From NCBI GenBank assembly GCA_019750255.1, contig JAIEOU010000006.1, positions 52,142 to 116,141 of the forward strand: a stretch of DNA of 64,000 bases, in the 5' to 3' direction. Shown piece by piece: positions 57,401-64,000 of this stretch; position 1 is the stretch's first letter; each line of letters opens with the position of its first letter. A program made the translations under genes and the position numbers. Under the pieces are notes generated by a model, which was not told the origin of the DNA, did not search any database, and saw only the letters and a program-made list of their open reading frames with translations. This DNA comes from Patescibacteria group bacterium. Its GTDB lineage: Bacteria > Patescibacteriota > Minisyncoccia > Phycocordibacterales > UBA918.

Positions 57401-60400
57401 ATGAGGCGAAACTGAGTGCGGTAGACGTAGCAAAACCCGTTGCAAAATCAGCATTTTCCTTTCGAAAGACCGACTGATTATCAATCGTGAAGTTGTAAAG
57501 AGCCGGTTGAGCGAAATCTCGTCGGTATTTGGTATCGCTCTCTCCAAGCCAGGTGTTAGTTGGTGTAAACGGCTGTCGTGGTTGCGCATGTGGTGCAACT
57601 GATCGTGAGAGGGTGACCCGCACCTTTGCCCACTGCGCCCCATTTACCGGACGAATCGGAAAACGATTACTCGTCGTTGTGGCGTACGGTGCGCTTGTTA
57701 GTCCCCCTTGCGTAGTAGCCGTCTTTATAGCCACCTCAATTTTACCTCCTCCATTACCATTAAAGTTAAGGAGTGAGCTTTGATTAAGTTGAGAAATATT
57801 TAAGTCTTCTGATTCGTACGAGCCCGACATTACCCAGCCTGCGTCGTAGAGGGTGGAGGCAGTACTATTACCCAAAACCATCAAGTACCGTCCGTCCGGC
57901 CGCTGGAGCGTGTGAGCACCCAAACCTGCAGACGCCGTGAGGGTTGGGCCGGCCGTCATCGTATTTGCAATCGGATCGTAGATGTTGGTGGCTGTACCCC
58001 CACTAAGCACCACCAAGAACCTACCATCGGGGCGTTGGATAGAGTGAGCGAATGGCGAGACGGTTGCGGTGAGGCTTGGGCCGGTACTAAAAGTATTATT
58101 TATAGGGTCATAAATAGCGGTATTGGTTCCAAGAAATCCTAGCACCACCAAGAACCTACCATCGGGGCGTTGGATAGAGTGACCACCACCGCCAAGAATA
58201 TTAGGCAGCGTCGGCCCTGCCGCTATAGAATTAGCGACTGGGTCATAAATGTTGGTAACAGTACCGTTACCGATTAACACTAAGAACGTACCGTCTGGAC
58301 GCTGGATAGAATGCGAGCCTAGTGTAGCGGCGCTCGTTAACGTCGGGCCGCCACTTACTGTATTAGCCACCGGGTCATAAATATTAGTAGCAGTGGAACC
58401 ACCCGCTACAATCAAGTACGTACCGTTCGGACGTTGAATAGAGTGAGCACCCATGCCTGAGATACCGTTAGTGAGGGCTGGGCCTTCTATTATAGTATTG
58501 GCTACAGGGTCATAAATATTAGTTCTGGTAGGGGCGCCGTTACCTAAGACAATTAAGAACTTTCCGTCTGGACGCTGGATAGAGTGCGCACTTTGATAGG
58601 CTAGAGTGGTTAGGTTGGGCCCGGCACTAGTAGAGTTAGTCACCGGATTGTAGATAAGGGTATCTACGGTGTTGAATCCCCGCACAATTAAGAACGTACC
58701 ATCTGGGCGCTGAATGGAGTGGGCGCCATCACCGAGACTTGAGGATCCTAAAGTTGGGCCGGTGCTCATCACGCCTGCACCAAGATTGGTAGTCGTGGCA
58801 AACAACAACTTTATTTCATTAGAAGTTGTGGCTATGCCAGCACTAACACTGGCACCACTTACGGAAAAATCAGCGGTTGTTTGTTTTGTTACAGAGGACG
58901 TAGAGGTAGCATTCACAGAGAGTAACGCCAGTGGTCCCGTCGTACCAATTCCAAGCCTGCCTTGTGAATCTAACGTCATGCCGGTCACGCCATTAGTTCT
59001 AAACAGCAAGGATTGATTGTCATTAGTGCCAAAGATGGCCGTAGTTCCAAAAGCATTACCACCCTGAACAAAACTGTTGGCGGCACTACTGGTAATCCAT
59101 TGGGTTGACGTACCGGTTGATTGCAGAATTTGACCAACAGTTCCAGTAGCATTAGTACTATCGCGCAGTGCACCTGTAATGGTAAGGGCGGTGGTTGTAG
59201 CGGCGGTAGCCGTAACTCTTGTCAGGGTCGATAGTCCACTAGCGTTAAGGGTGACAACGTTAGAGGTGCTCGCGTTAGTAGTGGTGGCATTAAGCGTAAC
59301 AAAATTTGAAACGCCGGTTGCAGTCAAGCCAGCAAACGTTGGAGCCGTATTAAAAACAACTGTACCAGTACCGGTCTCGTCAGACAACAAGGCGGCTAAC
59401 TGAGCGGAGTTGGTGAAGGCGGCTGAGAACCCAAGTGATGAGGTGGCTGCCCATGCAGTCCCGTTGGTGGTTGAGGTGAGGACACTACCCACTGCCCCAG
59501 TACTTGAAGACGAATCGGCAAAGCGGCCGTTGAGACTGAAGTCGCCAGCCACAGTGAGCCTAGTAGCTGTAGCGTTGGTAGCCAAAAGTGAAGTCAAAGT
59601 AGAGAGGCCGGTGACGTTTAGCGTACCGATTGCGCTGATATTAGCACCCGTGAGATTACCAGTGAAGAACCCGTTACCAACTACTGATAGGCGATTTGTA
59701 GGTGAACTTGTACCTAGACCAAGGTTACCCATAGAATTCAACCGCATCGCTTCAGCTAAAGGTGTTTGTGTAACACCGCCACTGCCAACGAGATTTATGG
59801 CAATAGCTGCCTGTACCCAGTTATAATTTCCGGCCGTAGTCCAATTCATAATAGTGTTCGTAGTTACACCTTGACGATACGATCCGGCGGCAAACACCGA
59901 CTGCACGTCGTTCCATAAAAGTGTTTGTGCCGGATCGACTGTGGGTCCGCCCGTCTCAGTAGACACAACATCTAGTACGAGAGTGGACGGCGTAGAGCTT
60001 ACATTTACGCTCTGTGCGGTTCCACCATTTGTGGCTGTTGCAACCGCGTAAATTGGAGAAGCCTGATTAACGTTTGAGAGCGTTATAGCGGTCATTTGCG
60101 TGGCTCGGAAGCTAGAAAAGTTGGCGGTCAACGTGTTACTCCCAGTTGTAGGGTTCACCAAGTACCACACCTCAACCCGGTTAGCATTTGAACCATTTCC
60201 CACCGACGTAGCGAGCGTAAGCGGGGTGCCGTTATATGTTATAGACGATACGGTTGAACCATTTGAGGCAAAAGCCACCTGGACTACAAGTAGCGTATTA
60301 TCTACGGCGGCTGACACTGCGTGACTAGTCGTCAACTGATTAGTGTTACCGTTTTTAATAGTTGTGGTATTTTGAACATTTACCGGAGCCGCAACTGCAT

Positions 60401-61346
60401 TTCCAGTACGAAAGACCAAGTTACCGGAACCTCCAATGCCTGTTCCGCGTGATGCATCAAACCGTATATCACCACCGGCAACATCAGTACCGGAAGCATT
60501 CACTCCGCGCAGCGTGAATAACGACGGCGCACCACCTTCTCCTGTCCCAACCACCATGTCTGCCTTCGCAAGGTGAAGCCCCGCCACTGGGTTACTTACG
60601 CCAATCCCCACGTTGCCACCAGAACTAATCCGCATTACTTCACTGCCAGCATTGAGCCACTTATAGCCCGAACCCTGACTACCGTTAATCTGAAACATTC
60701 CATCGGAAGCGTTGCGACCTAGATCGAAAAAGAATTGACCGGTATTTTCGCTAACACGAATTTGGGTAGTAGTTCCATTTGCAATGTGCAAAGTATTCCC
60801 TGGCGTACTCGTCCCCACTCCTAGGTTCGTTCCCGTAAAGACGAAGTTCGATGACGAAGCAAGGGTGTTAACCGCACTCGTGTATAAAACAGTGTTCGCT
60901 CCCCCAAGTGCGGAGACTCCGGTACCACCCCGGTTTGCAGCGAGAGTACCGGTAGTATCACTAAGCGCAATCCCGAATGTTGACGTCGACACCCACTGCG
61001 ACGTCGCACCGTTCGTCTGCAGGATTTGTCCGACCGTACCAAGGGAGTTAGAAGAATCACGGAGCGCACTGATGCGCAGCGCCATGGCGGTTGATGAGCC
61101 AGTGAGGACAATACCGTCGGTTGCAGTGAGAGGATTGAGGAACACGCCGTTATCGACCCAGTTACTACCGCCGCCCCCTCCAAGGCCAAGAGTTGAAGTA
61201 GCTACCCAAGCAGTACCGGTTGCGGTAGCGGTGAGGACACTGCCTACTGCCCCAGTGCTTGAAGATGAGTCAGCGAAGCGGCCAATGAGACGCATGTCGC
61301 CGGCGACAGTGAGGCGTGCCGACGGTGAGGTTGTGCCGATGCCCAA
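54492..61346 (-). CDS. Giant fibre-like surface protein, C-terminal part (2 Kelch-like 7-repeat propellers, peptidase G2-like IMC domain, degenerate S74 chaperone, acidic tail)
   Basis: 14 HSIQRPDG-type repeats; GNVGIGT motifs; GADIAEYF...PVALVGRVP; GFIAQELE..IPEVV...VVKAVQEL. Confidence 0.9.
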   Translation of the reverse strand: MGIGTTSPSARLTVAGDMRLIGRFADSSSSTGAVGSVLTATATGTAWVATSTLGLGGGGGSNWVDNGVFLNPLTATDGIVLTGSSTAMALRISALRDSSNSLGTVGQILQTNGATSQWVSTSTFGIALSDTTGTLAANRGGTGVSALGGANTVLYTSAVNTLASSSNFVFTGTNLGVGTSTPGNTLHIANGTTTQIRVSENTGQFFFDLGRNASDGMFQINGSQGSGYKWLNAGSEVMRISSGGNVGIGVSNPVAGLHLAKADMVVGTGEGGAPSLFTLRGVNASGTDVAGGDIRFDASRGTGIGGSGNLVFRTGNAVAAPVNVQNTTTIKNGNTNQLTTSHAVSAAVDNTLLVVQVAFASNGSTVSSITYNGTPLTLATSVGNGSNANRVEVWYLVNPTTGSNTLTANFSSFRATQMTAITLSNVNQASPIYAVATATNGGTAQSVNVSSTPSTLVLDVVSTETGGPTVDPAQTLLWNDVQSVFAAGSYRQGVTTNTIMNWTTAGNYNWVQAAIAINLVGSGGVTQTPLAEAMRLNSMGNLGLGTSSPTNRLSVVGNGFFTGNLTGANISAIGTLNVTGLSTLTSLLATNATATRLTVAGDFSLNGRFADSSSSTGAVGSVLTSTTNGTAWAATSSLGFSAAFTNSAQLAALLSDETGTGTVVFNTAPTFAGLTATGVSNFVTLNATTTNASTSNVVTLNASGLSTLTRVTATAATTTALTITGALRDSTNATGTVGQILQSTGTSTQWITSSAANSFVQGGNAFGTTAIFGTNDNQSLLFRTNGVTGMTLDSQGRLGIGTTGPLALLSVNATSTSSVTKQTTADFSVSGASVSAGIATTSNEIKLLFATTTNLGAGVMSTGPTLGSSSLGDGAHSIQRPDGTFLIVRGFNTVDTLIYNPVTNSTSAGPNLTTLAYQSAHSIQRPDGKFLIVLGNGAPTRTNIYDPVANTIIEGPALTNGISGMGAHSIQRPNGTYLIVAGGSTATNIYDPVANTVSGGPTLTSAATLGSHSIQRPDGTFLVLIGNGTVTNIYDPVANSIAAGPTLPNILGGGGHSIQRPDGRFLVVLGFLGTNTAIYDPINNTFSTGPSLTATVSPFAHSIQRPDGRFLVVLSGGTATNIYDPIANTMTAGPTLTASAGLGAHTLQRPDGRYLMVLGNSTASTLYDAGWVMSGSYESEDLNISQLNQSSLLNFNGNGGGKIEVAIKTATTQGGLTSAPYATTTSNRFPIRPVNGAQWAKVRVTLSRSVAPHAQPRQPFTPTNTWLGESDTKYRRDFAQPALYNFTIDNQSVFRKENADFATGFATSTALSFASSSVPLLASLIGGDNGLSLPYRIGLVSSSTQSDDRGVFSGGPTLANTSSLGAHSIQRPDGKFLIVVAANSNATNIYDPDTNTITAGPTIASGNPSNGSHSIQRPDGKFLIVVGNNGGLTNIYDPVANTIVAGPAIGRSANVGSHSIQRPDGKFLIVLGNNGTQTTIYDPVANTMSPGPNIAGSGVNLGAHSIQRPDGTFLIVSGLNTDTSIYDPVINTMYTGPALVGTAAGSIGTGGHSIKRPDGKFLVVFGAGGTNTSIYDPVTNTSVAGPALPAVAGNGSHSIQRPDGKFLLVLGGSSNTAIYDPVANTMSTGPGVGNTPGQGAHSIQRPDGRYMMVLGGGFTTAIYDAGWLTTGTYLSEHINNSQLNSQSAFARTGNADTFRPGVISISVRTAASEIGLGTSTWRTIKKSGDLINPASGDAWMQVRVVMRRPIAQQPNAGKNVYMGESTVVYNRLPLQAEGGTTSVNPANVFIRPTITSYKVFQVNSTDLAAFSLNGQNLFRFSAAGDAYTQTGGSWNSGGADIAEYFPTDDDTLEAGDIVTVAQSSAGLIAKSTDAYDDNALGIITTTPGIKLGIDITGGTAEKQPVALVGRVPTKVSLENGMIKKGDYITSSGRSGVGMKATDAGRVVGIALEDLDTTTLDDSGVGKVLVYVNPHTFLGVSFLEKITSKLSRWAYVVQEALGELGVTVTDDGNVGIGTTTPAARLSVTQSSNDYFGGFIISESGNTDFRSLSMATSGVLSFFGGDSSGTLNVATLNVAGEWTTPADVEHNEDVQTLTYGLDTLMQLQPRSYKMKNIEDMRVGFIAQELELIIPEVVDGVEGSKSISYGNLVAVVVKAVQELADRVTGFAEFFKTKKVETDELCIEDVCINKGQLQEILDKSDPTPEPSLSPEPLPLVPHTTSTSTSTPELPEEVSEEVIAEEEEVNVVEEVEEPVIEPIDDSVPAEPVPAEVVVTEPDTDAPLPE

Positions 61347-61358
61347 ATTTCCATTATC

Positions 61359-64000
61359 TTAAAGGGTCACCTTCGCCACCCCGGCACTGTCAAATAATTG
61401 TGCCAATAGACCGGTTGTAGTCCCCGCTCCCATCACCGTCAAACGGGCCGGCGTTCCAATAGTAGACGAAATACCGACATTTCCAGTTACTCCACTCATC
61501 ATCAGGGGTGAAACCGTACCATCATTAATATTGTTTGTCGGTTTAAAGAGTAGGTATCTATCCGTAGTCTCTCCCGCCGCAATCATGTACCAATTGTTGA
61601 GCTGACCAGCGCCTTCCATGTAGTACCCAGCTCGCCCTGTCCCGCCGGTTGTTCGGGCATTAACAAACGCGTTAAATGGATCCTCGACCCTGATTTGTTG
61701 ACCAAAGCTATTACCCCCAACAACGTGTACTGGTGCTTGCGGTGCTGCTGTTCCAATCCCGATGGCACCTACAGCAGTATCAGCAAACAAGAGCGGAGTT
61801 GATGACGTACCAACCCTAAGGTTACCCCAGACATCAAGCCTAGTAGATGGCGTACTTGTTCCCACTCCCAAGTTCGTTCCTGTAAAGACAAACAATGATG
61901 AAGTCGCTAAGGTATTGACCGCACTGGTGTACAAAATAGTACCAATCCCCCCAAGCGCGGAGACGCCGGTACCGCCACGGTTAGCAGCTAAGGTGCCAGT
62001 CGTATCACTAAGAGCAATCGCTAAAGACGACGTCGATACACTATCAACCGTACCGTTGGAGGCTACCCGGGCGAGGAAGCCGTTGGTCCAGGTGGTGGTG
62101 GTAGCGAGGTAGATGGTACCGGCAGCCGCGTTTAATGTATTGCCCGACCAGGATAGTCCCGAACCAGCGGTGATGCGAGTACTCGGGGTGTTATAGAAAG
62201 AATTCCAGTTGGTTCCGGAAGCGGACAGGAAACCCTCGTAGCCGGCGGCGTAGCCGAGGGTGAGCGTGCCGCTAGTAGTGACGGGGCCACCGGCGGTGGT
62301 AAAGCCAGTGGGGACGCCGAGGTTGACGGAGGTGACGGTGCCGCCACCGAGCCCGAGACTTCCGGTCGCCACCGTGAGGGCGCCATTTGATTCGATGTAG
62401 AGGCCAACGCCGGTAAAGTCGGTGATCGAGTCACCGTTCATAGTAATGCGCGCAGCGGCCAGCGTGCCGGTCGCGGTAATGTTCGTAGCCACGATACCGT
62501 TAAAGGTCGAGGTGCCAGTAAATGTAGGGGCGTTGTTAAAGACCGCCTGACCCGTCCCCGTTTCGTCAGACAACAACGCCGCTAACTGAGCGGAGTTAGC
62601 AAAGGCGGCCGAGAGGCCTAAGCTTGACGTCGCCACACTATCAACCGTGCCGTTGCTGGCCACTCGAGCGAGGAAGCCGTTGGTCCAGGTGGTGGTGGTA
62701 GCGAGGTAGATGGTACCGGCAGCCGCGTTTAATGTATTGCCCGACCAGGATAGTCCCGAACCAGCGGTGATGCGAGTACTCGGGGTGTTATAGAAAGAAT
62801 TCCAGTTGGTTCCGGAAGCGGACAGGAAACCCTCGTAGCCGGCGGCGTAGCCGAGGGTGAGCGTGCCGCTAGTAGTGACGGGGCCACCGGCGGTGGTAAA
62901 GCCAGTGGGGACGCCGAGGTTGACGGAGGTGACGGTGCCGGCATTGGTTACACAAACACCATTGATTGAAAAGCAGCCACTAGTGAGGTTAACCGTCCCG
63001 CCAAAAGTAGAGGTGGCGGCACCTGACACATTAAGGACATTACCAATAGTGGCAGAGCCTCCAACCACCAAAGTGGTGGCGGTTGTGCTTGTGCTCACAC
63101 TAAGCCTAGTACCGTCGTAGGTAAAGTCAGCTGATTGAGTCAGGACTGAACCAGTCGCGTTCACAAAGGGAATGCTCGCTGCAATGAGGGTATTGGGTGT
63201 ATCAAGTAAGCCGGTATAGGTAATATCAGTTCCACCCACACACACGCCGTTTATTGAAAAACAGCCACCAGTGAGATTAACGGTACCGCCAAAGGTAGAG
63301 GTGGCAGTACCTAACACTGAAACTACATCATTAATTACAGCAGACCCTTCAACCGCGAGTGCATTTGAATTAAAAGTCGAGGAACCAACTACGATACTTG
63401 AAAAAAATGATCCAGCTCTTGTAGTTGATCCAATAACTACCCCATCAATAGAACCGCCGCTCAGCGTGAGTACGTTACTCACATCCGTATCAGTAACACA
63501 GTCTACACAACCACCTCGAGCACGTACGAGAGCCAATGTGTCGACAGAGCTAATTACAGTACCATTAACGGCAATACCTTCACCACCAGAAAAATCAACG
63601 TCTCCTGATTCCCCATTGATGCTCTCAACACCACTAAATTCTTCAGCAATGAACGATACTGTAGGAGCATTGGCCGGACCAGTAATGCGCACATTTGAAC
63701 CGCCTCGCACACGATTAACTACATTCGAAGCAAAGAGCTCACCAGTACCCAAATCAATAGTAGCTCCCCGCGTAACCACCCCTCCAGTTGCCTCGAGCAT
63801 ACCCTGAACCCCTAAGGAACCTGATACAGTCGCTTGCGCTAGTGCGGCCGCACCACTGACCGTCACATTTGTACTCGTTAATGAACCGGCATCTACGTTA
63901 CCTGTTGCTACCACACTACTCATTCTACTCACCCCCAACACTGTTAGCGGCGCCTCAATAGTGGTCGTTCCAAGTGTCGTGCTTAACCCTCGTACGGTAA
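61359..64000 (-). CDS. Giant fibre-like surface protein, N-proximal part (5' end outside window), in frame with downstream ORF across one TAA
   Basis: Frame open to right edge; GTG ACC CTT TAA GAT AAT GGA AAT TTG GGC ATC; shares repeat modules with downstream ORF. Confidence 0.88.
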   Translation of the reverse strand, partial: TVRGLSTTLGTTTIEAPLTVLGVSRMSSVVATGNVDAGSLTSTNVTVSGAAALAQATVSGSLGVQGMLEATGGVVTRGATIDLGTGELFASNVVNRVRGGSNVRITGPANAPTVSFIAEEFSGVESINGESGDVDFSGGEGIAVNGTVISSVDTLALVRARGGCVDCVTDTDVSNVLTLSGGSIDGVVIGSTTRAGSFFSSIVVGSSTFNSNALAVEGSAVINDVVSVLGTATSTFGGTVNLTGGCFSINGVCVGGTDITYTGLLDTPNTLIAASIPFVNATGSVLTQSADFTYDGTRLSVSTSTTATTLVVGGSATIGNVLNVSGAATSTFGGTVNLTSGCFSINGVCVTNAGTVTSVNLGVPTGFTTAGGPVTTSGTLTLGYAAGYEGFLSASGTNWNSFYNTPSTRITAGSGLSWSGNTLNAAAGTIYLATTTTWTNGFLARVASNGTVDSVATSSLGLSAAFANSAQLAALLSDETGTGQAVFNNAPTFTGTSTFNGIVATNITATGTLAAARITMNGDSITDFTGVGLYIESNGALTVATGSLGLGGGTVTSVNLGVPTGFTTAGGPVTTSGTLTLGYAAGYEGFLSASGTNWNSFYNTPSTRITAGSGLSWSGNTLNAAAGTIYLATTTTWTNGFLARVASNGTVDSVSTSSLAIALSDTTGTLAANRGGTGVSALGGIGTILYTSAVNTLATSSLFVFTGTNLGVGTSTPSTRLDVWGNLRVGTSSTPLLFADTAVGAIGIGTAAPQAPVHVVGGNSFGQQIRVEDPFNAFVNARTTGGTGRAGYYMEGAGQLNNWYMIAAGETTDRYLLFKPTNNINDGTVSPLMMSGVTGNVGISSTIGTPARLTVMGAGTTTGLLAQLFDSAGVAKVTL
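62071..62940. repeat. Intragenic 273-bp direct repeat, period 597 bp
   Basis: 62071-62343 and 62668-62940 appear identical by eye (GTVTSVNLGVPTG...TTTTWTNGFLA). Confidence 0.9.

Noticed and set aside
61359-61361. Alternative genetic code
   Set aside because: TAA, TAG and TGA each terminate well-defined genes in this window
54492-64000. Prophage tail-fibre gene
   Set aside because: No capsid, terminase, integrase or other phage genes in the window; neighbours are cellular

Overview
Gene-dense bacterial chromosomal window using genetic code 11 (TGA acts as a stop). By inference from gene content it is Patescibacteria/CPR (Parcubacteria-like): giant Ser/Thr-rich surface proteins, a cohesin/dockerin pair, a class F sortase and a typA locus. 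Both ends lie in giant minus-strand surface-protein genes. The left one is >4,349 aa (1..13049) and is missing from the ORF track because it runs off the edge. The right one is a >3,160-codon fibre-like frame (54492..64000) split by one in-frame TAA. Main candidate systems: (1) a 25-kb co-oriented surface-assembly locus (WxL-like subunit, DUF916-like partner, three FGE/C-lectin-fold paralogues, ABC exporter, dockerin protein, Hsp20, membrane-anchored cohesin, giant adhesin); (2) a polysaccharide locus with two GT2 synthases, two paralogous 2-TM microproteins, a GH18 and two paralogous DxE TIM-barrel proteins; (3) peptidase cassettes bounded by a recurring GAGACCGGGACT motif that also truncates a flippase; (4) a frameshifted NYN nuclease faced by a consensus promoter and hairpin sRNA; (5) several structured ncRNA/leader candidates and apparently widespread leaderless genes. 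No rRNA, tRNA, CRISPR, transposase, integrase or reverse transcriptase was seen. Family assignments are from motif recognition by eye and hairpins were folded by eye; no database searches were run.
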